A stretch of 64,000 nucleotides of DNA from Eledone cirrhosa (GCA_964016885.1 OZ024741.1:63054001-63118000), one strand, 5' to 3'; positions 24,684 through 39,999 are shown, counted from the stretch's first letter. Numbers and translations: made by a program. Notes: generated by a model from the letters alone, not told the origin.

Positions 24684-26417
24684 CCCCCATCGCCCGCCAC
24701 TTTGGTGCCCCTGGACATTCCGCACGCCATCTCACAGTCTGTGGCCTACTCCAATGCCACGGAACACCCGCCAATCTCCTAAGAGTTGAACAACGAACCA
24801 TCTTTATCTTACAGACCCACAATCCACCCGGCCTGAACTCCCCACCCTTATTCCTTTAGCTTTCGACCTCCCCCTTCCACCCACACATATCCCCACTAAC
24901 ACCACTAACACACCCCTCCTTTTCACCAACCACCCCACAACTAACAATACTAACACCTCCACTCCACCCCACATCCGACCACCCTTCCCTTACTAACATT
25001 CTAACATCCCTCCCTTCTTCTCCTCCCCCTCCTTATCACACGCACACACCCACCGGCACATATATACACGCGCTCACACTAAACACACACCCTACTACCA
25101 CCACTAACCCTCACCCCCACACATCCACCCCCACCACGAAACTAACATCACTAAAACCCCCTGACCCCAAGTACACGAACACACACACCCACCTTACACG
25201 CAACTAACATCACTAACACCCCCAACCCTACGCACACGTACACACACACCCTCTTACACCACCCACTCTACACACCCTACCACCACTGACCCCCAGTCAC
25301 ACCCGCATTCAACCCTTTCTCCACCTCCTGTATACTAACACCCACTAACACCCCCTTCACGCAACACACACACCAGTACACCACACTCGCTCCATCGACC
25401 CCCACATCCTTCTCTCCTCGCTCCACCCACACCCTTTCTCAAACACTCACTCATCCCACTAACACCTCTACTAATACACACACACACACCCTCATCACTC
25501 CAACTTTCACACCTACCCATCCTCTCCCCCTTACCATTCTACCCTACTGCTGCTATGCCCTCTGACCACCTCCCCGCACACACAGACACACAACACACAC
25601 TCACCATTTTACCCTACTGCTGCAATGCCCTCTGACCACAGACACACCACACTCCTCCTGCCTTGACCACTTCCTGTTCCGCGCGCATCCCACATCTCCC
25701 CCTCTTCCGACCAATCTCTTCACGGATTACACGTATGTGAACCTTGATCCCGGAATCAACCACAATCAAGGATTTTACCAAGCATTCCACCACATCTTCT
25801 TACAGAATCACCTTTATGACTCACCCACACACACACCTCAAAAAAAATGTTTTTCCTACACGCCACCTACACCTACAACACGCTTAAACACCACACACAC
25901 ACGTGCGTACCACCACATATTTACACATTTAGCCTCCGGATTCCTCTCCCCCCACCCCTCTATCCACACACGCACACTCCGACCTACACCCCACCCCACA
26001 CACACCTCTTCCTGAACATGCACCCCGTTCTTCCCCCAACCCTTGCTTTCACATACACACACACACACACCACCTTCAGCCCTCCCCGCTCGGACACCCG
26101 TCTCCCTCTCCCCACTCCACCCGCCACCACCCCTACACACCCCACACCCTTCCACCACATGTTTTACCCCATTTTAATTTTATTTTGATCATGCCCTTAT
26201 TTTTAATTTCATTTGCACCGTTTCCTTTCACCCCCGTTTTGCTATATGTGCCCCCCCCCCATACACACCCTTTGAACTCTCTTCCCACACACTTTTCACC
26301 TGAAGAAGGGTTTATGCCCGAAACGTCGTTCCCCACCACCACCCCACTCTCAAGAGCGTGAAATTAATAAACATTTGTTGTACTGCCTCTCTGTTTTGTT
26401 CCCGTTCAATTTTTCAT

Positions 26418-26420
<3 letters not shown>
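24684..26420 (+). mobile_element. Neptune-type PLE 3' end: GIY-YIG C-terminus plus long C-rich UTR
   Basis: LLRVEQRTIFILQTHNPPGLN at ~24775-24840; hammerhead near 26300; AATAAA at 26366; ends in (TA)n. Confidence 0.7.
26296..26331 (+). ncRNA. Minimal hammerhead (weak stem I)
   Basis: CTGAAGA-A-GGG tttatg CCC-GAAA-CG-TC. Confidence 0.6.
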
Positions 26421-26464
<44 letters not shown>

Positions 26465-26465
<1 letters not shown>

Positions 26466-26660
26466 GGAAAATCATCAAGACCCCGACGGCAGAGCTCAAC
26501 CCGTTTCGACGGCTATTTCAGTCCAGAAATAGCCGTCGAAATGGCTTGAGCTCTGCCGTCGGGGTCTTGAACATTTTCCTATTACCCACTCTACTACCCA
26601 AAGTATTGAGTACTCTGGTGCGTTATGGTCCACCTGGTTCCTTACCACACTTCCTTCGTT
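26465..26660 (+). mobile_element. Family B short fold-back plus tail
   Basis: Palindrome ~26465-26581 plus the same tail as 4176-4253. Confidence 0.8.
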
Positions 26661-26854
26661 ATATATATATATATATATGTAAGAATATTTTCGAAACAGT
26701 GAGTGGGTTTGAAGTTATTAGAAATGTAAGCATTGACGTACATGTACGTCAATACTCATCTTTTCCCATTTCTCCGAGGGTTCTTAACCCCACTACCAGG
26801 CTAAATAATTTCTTTAATTTCTTTAGTCAAAATACGGCGATAGCTTACCTTTCT

Positions 26855-26894
<40 letters not shown>

Positions 26895-26896
26895 AC

Positions 26897-27128
26897 AGAT
26901 TGATAGAGGCCGAGAGACTGTTAGATAATATTAGGTTGAGTAATAATCCATGAGCGTTTTGTTTTTAATTTAAAAATGCGCTGACCATAACAATTAGGCA
27001 AAAGCCGCTCATGAATTATTACTCAACCTAATACATAGATATATGGGGAAAACAAAGTCATTGTAATTTAGTGGATATGTGTAATATATATATATATATA
27101 TATATTAATCTCTCGGCCTCTATCAAAC
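26897..27128. repeat. Imperfect inverted repeat (unassigned fold-back)
   Basis: TTGATAGAGGCCGAGAGA..TATTAGGTTGAGTAATAAT.CATGAGCG mirrored downstream. Confidence 0.7.
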
Positions 27129-27527
27129 TTACAGAGTATAACTAACTATGTATATTTACCAATGTATCTATTTATGGACAAGAACAACAATAACAACAAA
27201 GAACAAATTCAAATAGCAGTCCGAAAAAGAAAGTAAGAAAGAAAAAAAGAAAGAAGATAGATAGATTAATATATAAATAAATATGTAGATGGATAGATAG
27301 ATAGATAAATATATAGGTAGAACAATTTCATCGTAATTTAGTGGATACACGTGTGATAATATTTAAAGAAAATGCGCAAGAAAGTTATTTCAATTCGTTT
27401 AAATGAATGCGAAATGAAACATGACATTAAACAAAAAGAAAAGTGTGGAAAGATTGGGGGATCAATCTAAATCGACGATACAGATATCCTTACGAAGCAT
27501 GTTGTAATAAAGGCATTATTAAAATAT

Positions 27528-27640
27528 ACAAATCCCGCCGAGGTTAACTTTGCCTTTCATCCTTACGGGGTCGATAAAATAAAGTACCAGTAATGTACTG
27601 GATATTTGCTGGCCTTGTGCCAATAGTAGAAACAATTATT
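27528..27640 (+). mobile_element. OK-type SINE, 5'-truncated
   Basis: Matches 9668-9778. Confidence 0.8.
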
Positions 27641-27886
27641 ACATTATACATATTTTTGCGATAAATGCAATGCATTTTCACGCGTACAGGGCTAATATAA
27701 TAACATGGTATCGCTAATTAACCAAAAGGAAATCCATTTTGGAAAAAGCAGCAACATTTCTCTTAATCATCTACAGGTGGCTCTCTTGAAGATAAAAATG
27801 ACGTAATAGTTATTGTAGGCGGCGAATTAACTGAATTCTTAGAACGTCGGAAAGAATGCTTTGCTGTATTCATTCCGGCGCTTCGG

Positions 27887-28826
27887 CCAGGCGACACGTC
27901 CCTCTGGCAGGCGGACCCGGTTATCAGTGGAGACTCCACCGCGACATTCTATAGAGGGCTGGTACGCAGCAGGTGCGACGACGCCCTCGGAGAAGCCCTA
28001 GACATGGAGGAAGACGAACTGGCCAGCCTGTTCGGTAGGACATTCAGCCCGGTACCTATGGACAACATCCAGAAGTCCCTGGCCTGGCAGTGCTACCGAG
28101 GAGCTTTACCCGTTCGAGAAAGGCTCTACAGACACGGGCGCCCGGGTAGGGACCCCTCGAAAAAGATCTGTCCCAGATGCGTGTGCGACGAGGAAACCGT
28201 TGCACAGGCATTGGTACACTGCTCGGGCGTAGCCGATCTGTGGGGCTATGCCGAACGACTGCTATCACGGGTGGGACCGATCCGGTTGACAACCGAGGCC
28301 ATTGTAACAATTAAGCCGCCTCCCCTCTTCAAAAATGAAGGAGAGACGGTGTTTCTGTGCGTAATAGCCATGGTGAAAGAGGTTGTATGGTGGACGCGTC
28401 TAAAAGGACTGAGGTCAGGCACCTTTCTCTCTGGCCAACAACTGATCCGTTTCTTCCGATATCATTTCGGAAGAAGGATCAGGATGGAGAGAGGGGATGC
28501 TCAACCCCAGTCGTTTTTATGAAAGGTGGGTGAAAGTGGCGAGAATGGCCCGTGTGAATGGGCCTTCTCTCTACATAAGCCTGTAGGTGGAAAAGAGGAA
28601 GGAACAAGGGAGCACCCTCTCTCTGTGCTCCTGAGGAGAAGGGGTTGCACACTTTTTTCGGGAGTGTGTGCGACCCCCCAAACGCCCCCTCCCTATTGAG
28701 GACTTTATTGTTAATTTTATATTTTATATTTGTTATTTGTTTTCTTTACTCGCTTTTTTGTGTAAACTCCCCCCTTGTATTTGTTCCCTTTTTTTGCGCC
28801 CTAGTGGCAATAAATAGAAATCTATC
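27887..28826 (+). mobile_element. 5'-truncated copy of the Tx1 LINE
   Basis: High similarity to 23360-24322; ends AATAAATAGAAA-TCTATC; abuts a SINE 5' head at ~27817-27885. Confidence 0.9.
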
Positions 28827-28927
28827 TTTTCGAGGTCTATAAAAAGGCAACATCCAATACTGGAGTCGGTCCTTCCTTCTCACTCTTTCTCTCTTTCTCT
28901 CTCTTTCTCAGTAATTCAGACATATAA

Positions 28928-28964
<37 letters not shown>

Positions 28965-28971
<7 letters not shown>

Positions 28972-29170
28972 TAACAGATTAAAGTTTAAGCAAAGAATCG
29001 CTGCTTTCACCCTTAACGGGATCTTCTGAGTTTCAGCGATTCTTTGCTTAAACTTTAAAAAAATCTGTTATTTTAATAAATATTTGCTCTACGGGTTTTA
29101 TATATATTTATGTATATATAATCCTTATCGAGCCCTCTTCGGATTTTAGTCTTCACATTTATTATTATAC
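28965..29170 (+). mobile_element. Family C short fold-back plus tail
   Basis: Matches the termini of 12590-14440. Confidence 0.8.
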
Positions 29171-30208
29171 TATATATATATGTATATGTATATAAACATA
29201 GTCCAGATTTTGCTGATATTTAAAATGATTGATGATAAAGTTTCATGTTAATAATGAATAATATAAATTAGGATAATGTTTGCTATTATACAGAAACGGA
29301 ATGTTATTTCTCTAAGAATGATATATATATATATATATAGGTTGTGTTCAGACCTGCAGAAGGATTGACTCTACTATGTTTAAAATGCCCAAGACACGCC
29401 ATATCTCACTACATAGCCCCCACGATTCCATTACGTGTTACGCCTTGATTTAATATAATCCTATATATACTCATCCCGAATAAAAGAGAAAAATAGAATG
29501 ATCACGGTTGGAAAATATTTGACAATAGTTAAGCTAAATAAGAGCGCAGCTTGAGTTAAATAACAAAGCATATCATATATGGTAAAATGAATGAGAAGTT
29601 GTCAAGTAAAATAGTTCCATCTTTAGCGGTCACTATATCACTATCTTTGCTTTATCATTTAATTTCAGTATCATCATATTTCATGATTTCTTTCCTTCTC
29701 TTTTGTGGACACTTTTTCTTTCTGACGTTGTTTCCTTTCCTTCCTATGTTTCTCTTTCTAGTCAATTCATTTTGCATTCATTTTGCATTCATTCCATCTG
29801 TTTGTAACTCTCCTCTAGATATTTCATTTTTGTAGAGGTGATGATTCCAGTTTAGATGGTGATGAATAGAAGCTGTCCAATTTTCTTACTGACATCGGAC
29901 CACGATTGGAAATTCAGCCACGTTTACCGCTAACATCACCCACAACACCATCCAAACAACAACAACAACAACAATAACAGTAGCAACACCACCACAACAG
30001 CAACGACAATAGGGAAAAAGACGACAATGGTGACAGGAAAACGACTATGACTACGACAACAACATGGTTCCACTTGCACATGTTTTATTCAAGCGCGAAA
30101 GTCAACGCAAACGACTCCATATTCTCTGCTAGTTTGTGTATAACGTTTTTTTTTATTTGTACATTTGTGCGTGCTTTTGTATCTGTGAACTTTTATATCT
30201 GTACGTGC

Positions 30209-30276
<68 letters not shown>

Positions 30277-30355
30277 GCACACATACACACACACACACAC
30301 ATATATATGTGTGTGTGTGTGTGTGTATATATATATACATATATATGTATGTATA

Positions 30356-30455
<100 letters not shown>

Positions 30456-30996
30456 CGCGTGACAGTGAAATACTGTGTGCCTAGCTGATAAGAGAATTTC
30501 TCAATTTTCTGAAGAATCGTTAATTGGATTGCCACCCTGCCAGCAAGAATCAATTACGTATTTGGGATTATTTCAAGAAATGTGTGTGTATGTGTACGTG
30601 TATATGTGTATGTGTATGTGTATATGTGGATGTGTGTGTTTACGAATTAGAACGAGACAGCGAAAATCGAGTGTGTGTGTGTTTGTGTGTTTGTGTGTGT
30701 GTGTTTGTGTGTGTGTATGTGTGTGCTTGTGTGTGTGTGTGTTTATGTGTCTGAACGAGTAAAGGAAGCAGAGGAAGATAGAGTGAACCAAGGAAATGAG
30801 AGAAAATATGTTATATTTTAAATGAGTAAATGTTAAATAGTAATTGAGACCAAACTCACAAACACTGATAGACACACACATGTGTTCGCCCACACACTTA
30901 TAATATATATGAATGTATGTATTTGTGTTGTTTTATGTATGTATGTGTTTATATATATATTTATGTCTGTCTGTAATATACATATATGCAAACATG

Positions 30997-31549
<553 letters not shown>

Positions 31550-32369
31550 TTATATGTATATACATGTATATATATATATATATATGTATATATGCATGCA
31601 TGTATTTATGTATGTATATATACATACGTATGCATGTGTGTGTGTATGCATGTATGCAAGTATAGATGTATGTAAATCAGCATGGCCTCAGGCGGATGGC
31701 TGGAACAGATAAAAGAGTAAAATTGTTATATTTATAGTCACTATAAAATCAATTCAGAGTGAATATGTTTATTATTAGATAAATTCGACGGTTACAATAT
31801 GACCATAATATTTGGTTATCTTCAGAATGTCGCACTAAGGAAGCAAAGATCTAAAGTAAATATAAAAAGATGAATAATTCAACTGACTTACAACAGAAAG
31901 AAAAAACAGAGTAAACCATCACAAAGCTAAACAGCAAAAGAAAAGAAACAACCGAAAATAGAAAACATGGATCAGTTACCGACAGCCTGAGTGAGTTGTA
32001 GTGATGGTAGTGGTCTGTGTATATATGATACATACTCGTGTATGATAGAATATCCATATTTCTCGTCCTATCAGAGAATTATCATAAATTAGATCAGCTG
32101 GGAAAGCAAATATACTTTCTTTTGTTGTACATGAGAAACGGTTTATCAAGAGAACACAAGACAAATTGACACAATTCACACTTTTATATACTACAGCAAT
32201 ATCAAGAATATAATCAGTTTATAGACAATAAATATGTCAAATATAACGCACGTTCTGAACTATAAAAATGATGATGAACTGAGAATCTAAGACAAACTAA
32301 TATTATTTCAGGAAGGCTAATACACGCAAACACTCACACACATATGTATGTTTCACTTTTTCTTAATTT

Positions 32370-33045
32370 CGAGTTCATTTTTGACCGGCTACCTTCCTGG
32401 TGGCAAGGTTATAAAAGAAAAGAAATTGTCATCCTTTGAATAGCACGAATGTTTTGCAAATTTTGAAGGTGCCAGCTATCGCAGCCATTTGTAGTCTATG
32501 AATTAAGGAGCTGCGCTCCTTGTCCACAAATCCAAGTTCAGTTATAAATTGGTCAAAGCGGATTGGTATAGAACCTATATCTCCAATAATTATGGGCATC
32601 GAGCTGAAGGTGTATCTTGGATACTGGATCTGCAAACTCCTCATCAGTGGTCCGTAGATATCACCATTCCCTTGTATTTTTCTTACAACGCTTACATAAA
32701 GTGGGCAGCCGATCTCTACAACCGAGCATGTTTTCAATGTGTGGTCTCAAACAAGTATACTTTTGGAAAGCAAGTATATAAAAGTGTGAATTGTGTCAAT
32801 TTGTCTAGTGTTCTCTTGATATACCGTTTCACATGAACAACAAAAGAAAGTATACTTGCTTTCCCAAATTCATAGACTACAAATTAAAGCACAACCGGCC
32901 TCATATTTTCAGGTTCCACCAGTATTCTTTAGTGCCAACTATCTCAACATATTCCTCCTTATTTGTTTTTAATTTTGTTTTCCTAAGTGCGTTCCAGATG
33001 GTTCGTGTCTCATAGAGAGGTAGTAGCGAGACGACATTCTTTCAC
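32370..33045 (-). mobile_element. RLE-type (NeSL/R4-like) non-LTR 3' fragment, rearranged
   Basis: EYWWNLKI...[HNRP.I on the opposite strand]...CSVVEIGCP...Y...PIIIG..G.IP...LQMAAIAGT. Confidence 0.65.
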
Positions 33046-33664
33046 AGTTGGCAACAATGGTATTGCTGGTATTGAATACAAAGTTAATTGGGTAACATCA
33101 TTAGTTATTAATTTTAATTAGTTAATTGCATTATTTGTTAAACACCTTCGGTGTCGTTGAAACAATTGTGTTTAGTTTCATCATTCTTTTTGATTGCTAT
33201 TAATTATTTAACTTTTCGTAATAGGGGTTGTGTTGTAGCATGGATAATATAGGTTTTGTATAATATTTCATATTTACAATGACAAAAGCACTTCATTTAT
33301 CAGCTCATTAATTATGATGCCGTCATTGTTTTATGTTTCATGGGTAGTTTCTATGCATTTAGATTAGTGTTGAATGTTGCTTTAGTGTATGGTAGTTTAA
33401 TCACAAAATATATCTGTTTTATCCATACCTTTTATTGGGCTGTAACTAGTTTTATTTGGTACAACTGATTTGTCATGGCTTTTCTTGTTGGATATTTCTT
33501 CTTTTAGGTGTAATTTTCTACAGGAATTGTCATTACGTGTTTCATTGGGGTACATCTATCTATCTATCTATATATTTATCTATCTATCTATCTATCTTTC
33601 TATATTATGTGTGTGTGTGTGTGTTTGTTTGTGTGTGTGTATGTGGGGGGGGGGCTGCGTGTGT

Positions 33665-34662
33665 GTAGCCATAATAACAGAGGAGCAGGTAATTCCGTGG
33701 CTATACTCAGTAAAGTGAGTGTAGGGAGAGAGAAAAACGGAGAAAACGGAAGTACTCGATACTTGGGGTAGTAGAGTGGGTAATATGAAAAGATTCAGGA
33801 CCCCCCGACGACTGAGCTCCAGCTGATTCGACAGCTAGTTCTTCGAACGGCGGGAATCTAGCTGAAATTATAAAGGGGTACAATCCATATATGGGCATAC
33901 AGTCAAATAAAAAAACAAAAAATCCCCAAAAAATCTTAAGAGTTTGCTGTTACTAGTTCTATCTTTAAAATTAAGGGTAGATTTAGGGTGTGTCAAAACA
34001 AGTAAAATAAAAAAAATATGTTAATCAGTGAACGAAGCGCTCTTCCCGTGCCATGGAGCAATCGATAACTAGATTTCTCTATGATGAGGAGAAATAGTGA
34101 TAAATTATAAATGTTTAATTTTTGAGCAACGAGTAAAGAAAAAGCAAAAACTCTAACTTATATATGCTGAAAATATATTTTCTCGCGCTGAATTTCTTTC
34201 TCTCTTGAAATGATGTTTACCAAAAAGAACATTTCTACAGATTGAAAATAGTTGATAAAGATTAAATCTCTCTTAATAGTCTGTGTGCGCAGCTGACTAG
34301 CTAAGCACTTTCAGGTCAGTTAATCTACCGACACACTTCCCTTTAATTTTCGCATGTCTAGCCCCTCACGGCTAAGAATGTAATAAATAAAATACACGAC
34401 ATTTAGCAGGACTACACCAGCCATTTGATCTAAGTTGCCCCGGCCCCTTGATCACTGACCACTCCTGACAAAAACTAGAAAGCAACAAACTCATAAGGTT
34501 GTTTTTGATTTTTTTGTTTTTTGTTTTTTGCTTTGACTGTATTCTCAAATATGGACTTTACCCCTGGATAAGTTCAGCTTATCGTTCGAAGACCGGCGAT
34601 TCAGCTCGGATCTAGCTGTCGAAACGGCCGGAGTTCAACCGTTGGGGTCCTCAACCTTTTAA
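33665..34662 (-). mobile_element. Diverged family B' fold-back plus tail
   Basis: Arms ~33785-33935 and ~34505-34662; hammerhead-like folds at 33800-33879 (-) and 34560-34648 (+). Confidence 0.65.
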
Positions 34663-34677
34663 TATATATATATATAT

Positions 34678-35000
<323 letters not shown>

Positions 35001-35005
35001 TTATA

Positions 35006-36050
35006 TGCAGGAAGCGATCTTCCTGCATACCGGATCAGATGGCAAGCTGTTCAACCTCGCCCACCTCCGAGTGAGGACAAATGATCATAAAACCCTCATT
35101 AGAGACATGCTGTTTGTCGATGATGCAGCAGTTGCGACGCACTCCCAGCAGGAAATCCAGATGCTCTTGGACCGCTTCTCTCAGGCCTGCATGGATTTTG
35201 TACTGACTATCAGCCTCGAAAAGACAGTCTTGGGACAGGACACAGAGGCACCACCGGTCATCAAAATCGATGTCTATGAGCTCGGTGTCGTCCATCAGTT
35301 CACCTACCTCGGTTCCACCATCACCGACAACTTTTCCCTGAACACAGAGCTCGACAGGAGGATCGGAAAGGCAGCCACATTTGCTCACCTCACAACCCGA
35401 GTGAGGACAAAGCCCATGATGGTGGTAAAGACCAAGATGGCAGTGTACAATGCCTGTGTCATCAAAACATTGCTCTATGGCAGTGAGACATCTCAACACC
35501 TTCCATCTGAGGAACCTGCGCTGTAGTCTGGGTTTATCCTGGCATGACAGAGTGCCTAACGCCGAGTTCCTTATTCGTGATGGCCGTCCCCGCATGTTTA
35601 CCATGCTCCGACAGCAGACTATACTGGCTAGGACACGTCCACCGCATGAATGATGACCGCATTCCAAAAGACATCTTATATGGGGAGCTGGCCTCTGGAA
35701 ACAGAGCCACCGGCCGACCTCGGCTGAGGTGCAAAGATATTGTGAAGAGAAATATGAAGGCCATTGAGATCAACCTAGGAGGGCCTCCAACCTGACCGAC
35801 CAAGATGGAGAAACACCCTGAATCAATACATCAAATCAGGGAAAGAGAGTTTGATGACAGCAGCAGCGATGAGAGAACCCGACGAATAAATCCAACAGAC
35901 CAGAGACCATATACAGATGTGGTCTATGTGACAGAGACTGTCACTCAAATATAGGTCTGTTTAGCCACCGGAGACGCTGCTGTAGCCGATCTGACAACAG
36001 GTTACTACCCATGGCGAACCTTGAGCGAAGGAGGCCTTAACTAACTGACT
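35006..36050 (+). mobile_element. RTE-clade LINE, 5'-truncated
   Basis: DGKLFNL, MLFVDDAA, FTYLGS, LLYGSE, WLGHVHRM.D.RIPK.ILYGEL..G.R..GRP, terminal C..C.R.C.S.IGL.SH finger, TAAC tail. Confidence 0.9.
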
Positions 36051-36059
36051 ATATATATA

Positions 36060-36295
36060 TCTCGTTTTTTGAATTTGTTTTGCAAGATATCGTATCTGAA
36101 AACGTGTGTTGAAACAGCTACAGTTATAATTTGGGAGGGTCATGCTGGCAATAATTTGACGAAATAGCTTTGACAATATATAAATGACCATCCGGTTATC
36201 GAACCAACCAACTGGAAACATAAAAAAATTGACGTGAAAACCAAGAGGTGCGTGTGTTCTTGTTGGCAGCATGACGCTCCCATATCATAACAATA
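36060..36295 (-). mobile_element. Family D copy, opposite orientation
   Basis: Reverse-complement similarity to 34678-34868. Confidence 0.6.
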
Positions 36296-36308
36296 TATAT
36301 ATATATAT

Positions 36309-36370
<62 letters not shown>

Positions 36371-36621
36371 TGCTTATATATATACATATATATTTGCATA
36401 TATATATATACATATATATTTGCATATTCATTTGCATATCAGCAGACTAGCCAGTCAGTTTCCTGTATACAAGCGATAAATGGAGTTCTGTTCGCATGCC
36501 AACACAAGAGCAAGATAGAAGTGTTCATTCTACTGACATTGGCTATAAAATTGAGGCTTGCTTGCATAATTGCAAACGATTCGAATGTTATTATTAATAT
36601 TCGAAAAACTCAGATTACATT

Positions 36622-36872
<251 letters not shown>

Positions 36873-36882
36873 ATATATATAT

Positions 36883-36979
<97 letters not shown>

Positions 36980-37757
36980 TACTTCCCTCGAACCGTAAAT
37001 AAAATCTTTGTAGAGGGTGTACATAGTAAGTCGTTAAATCTATCTTCAAACACGCGCATTTTAAACAATGGCACCAACTATTAAAACACCAAACAAGCAA
37101 GAAATATTTTCAGTGAGAAAATACCACGCTAAAATCATAATAGTGATACAAAGAAATGAATATTTTCCTTCAAACAACATAGTAACTTCCTGTCTCTATT
37201 AAGAATCGAAGTGTAATATCCGCTGATGAGTTGACAGAAACTACGCACAACGTCACGAATAGAACTTAATTAACAGACATAAATAACATCGGTTTTCTCA
37301 TTCACATCCTGGGATAAAGTTGATTGCAGGTGCTGTGCACAGTATGTCAGTATAAATAAAGAGAAGTAGAAATAAACGTAATACCACAATCTTGGAATAT
37401 CTAGGACCGAGGATAATTACACACCAACTAGGGAATGCAACTAGTGTTTATATGAGAAATCCCAGATCCTAAATAGTAGTTATCTATGAGAAGGTTATGG
37501 AACTGAACTCTATATCTTCTAGAGTTCCAAACTCTAGTAGAATAGACCAGATTGTCAAAGTGCAATATTATCCCTTACTTGGCAACCGTTAAATTCACTC
37601 TCGCTTTGGCATATAGCTTCTTCTTCAACTGATTCTAAAATTGAACGCACGTTTGTCCGAGGCTCTAACCATTATGTCACGCGCCTTCACTATACCACAA
37701 TAGTGAATATGCTTTCATATACTCAACGATTATGAACCAAGTTATGTTAGTGCTACT

Positions 37758-37832
<75 letters not shown>

Positions 37833-37836
<4 letters not shown>

Positions 37837-37930
37837 ATAATAAATTTGAAGACTAAAATCCAAAGAGGGCTCGAAAAGTCAGTTTCAGAAGCAGCGATTC
37901 TTTGCTTAAACTTTAATTTGTTATTTTAAT
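37833..37930 (-). mobile_element. Family C remnant
   Basis: Inverted tail end joined to an arm end of family C. Confidence 0.7.
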
Positions 37931-38048
37931 AAATATATATATATATATATATACGTATATATAAAGGAATATAAACGTATATATACGTATATATATACGT
38001 ATATATAAAGGAATATAAACGTATATATATATATATATATATATATAT

Positions 38049-38220
38049 AGGAACCAGTAAGACCCCGACAGCTGAGCTCAAGCCGTTTCGACGGCTAATT
38101 CGAAACGGCTTGAGCTCAGCTGTCGGGGTCTTACTGGTTCCTATTACCCACTCTACTACCTCAAGTATCGAGTACTTTGGTGCGTTATGGTCCACCTGGT
38201 TCCTTACCACATTTCCTTCG

Positions 38221-38222
<2 letters not shown>
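38049..38222 (+). mobile_element. Family B short fold-back plus tail
   Basis: Palindrome plus conserved tail, within (TA)n. Confidence 0.8.
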
Positions 38223-38280
<58 letters not shown>

Positions 38281-38384
38281 GAATCAATCGACAAGATCCC
38301 AGACCTCATTTGCTTGAAGAGTGGGATGGACCTCGTCAAATCAGACCAATGTTTCCATTGGTCTTTCCATTGTTCGTTCTAGCT

Positions 38385-38525
38385 GCCGGTCGTAACTTCT
38401 GTCAGAGGGAGCAACGTGAAATAAAGTGTCTTGCGCGAGGACACGGGACATCACCCAATCCCAGAATTAAACTCGCAACTTCACGATTGCGAATCCAACT
38501 CTCTAACCACTAAGCCATGCACTTT
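38385..38525 (-). mobile_element. tRNA-derived SINE 5' part (OR-like)
   Basis: Reverse complement reads ATGGCTTAGTGGTTAGAG..TTCGC (A box) ... GTGTCCTCGCGCAAGACACTTTATT. Confidence 0.6.
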
Positions 38526-38760
38526 CAGAATATATAGCGAGAAGTGTTGATTGGGAAGGAGAATAAGTCACTAGGAGAATAAGTCTCTGGATGTGGTTAT
38601 ATATAACACTATTATCATCTAATCAAGCTGAGCTTTTTTTATAAGGAAATGTTCCCTTACGATAAGAATTAGAAAGCAATCCGCATTTGAAAAAAATCGA
38701 TGATTATATTTGTGATAATTTTTGCATCGTCATGAGGATTACACATAAATGTCCAGGTCA

Positions 38761-38834
<74 letters not shown>

Positions 38835-39311
38835 TTGTGTGCGTATGTATGGTTGTATGTGTGTATGTATATATGTATGTATGTTTGTTTGTGTGTGTCA
38901 GTCGGTGTGGCCGTGCGTGTGTGTGCGGGCTGAGAATTCGGTAAATTCTTCTCTTTGCTGTCATGAGATCTATAATTCGATTCACCGATTATCATCTGTA
39001 GCATGTTTCTTTTATATGACTTTCGATCTTGTTATAAATTATACAAAAGTACATGCGAAATGTAGCAGCAATCGTGGGGTTTTATGCTTTTGTTGGTTAT
39101 GTTGGCTTCTATATATATCAACTTAAAAATAACTCTAGCAAAAGCCGATCTGTATAGTATCTGGACGATCGAAAATTGACTGCATTTTGTCACCTACAGA
39201 CTGAACACGTGCATATAGAGTAACCTAGATTTTAGCAGGCGCAAAGTACTTTTCCCAGAAGTATTAATTTCACATATATACATTGTGTGTGTATGTATGT
39301 ATGTGTGTATG

Positions 39312-39510
<199 letters not shown>

Positions 39511-39518
39511 GTGCGCGC

Positions 39519-39554
<36 letters not shown>

Positions 39555-39999
39555 GGAGAGAGAGGGAGTGAGAGAGAAAAGGAAAGAGGGGGATATAGAT
39601 CTACATTATATTTTATTATATATATTGAGAGCAATATTGACAATAATGGAGGGACGGAAAGTTAAGTGACACGGTAATAATTTTGTTTCAACTAGGGAAA
39701 GAGACAAAGACGGATAGATGTATGTGAATAGCGAAAAATAAGTTAATTTGAAGAAGAATACATTTTAAGAGATATGATTATCATTTAAGTTGAGCGAATG
39801 TATTTATAATGACATGTTACTTAAATATAGTTATCAGATTACAGTCTCAGGTTATATGTGAATTCATTTATATAAGGCTGAGATATAACTATTAACTTAT
39901 ATGAGAATATTCTTAAGTCCTTTTCTCCTTCGTTAAGAAGCTAGCTGCGTTCAATTTCTTTACTTGGAATATCTGACTTTGCATATCATCAATTCGATT

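Noticed and set aside
24890-25480. Telomeric repeat interpretation of the C-rich tract
   Set aside because: Units are CACTAAC-like and irregular, not (CCCTAA)n
37215-37250. CTGATGA...GAAA possible hammerhead (similar cores at ~18325, ~56735, ~57046)
   Set aside because: Stems I and III could not be paired convincingly
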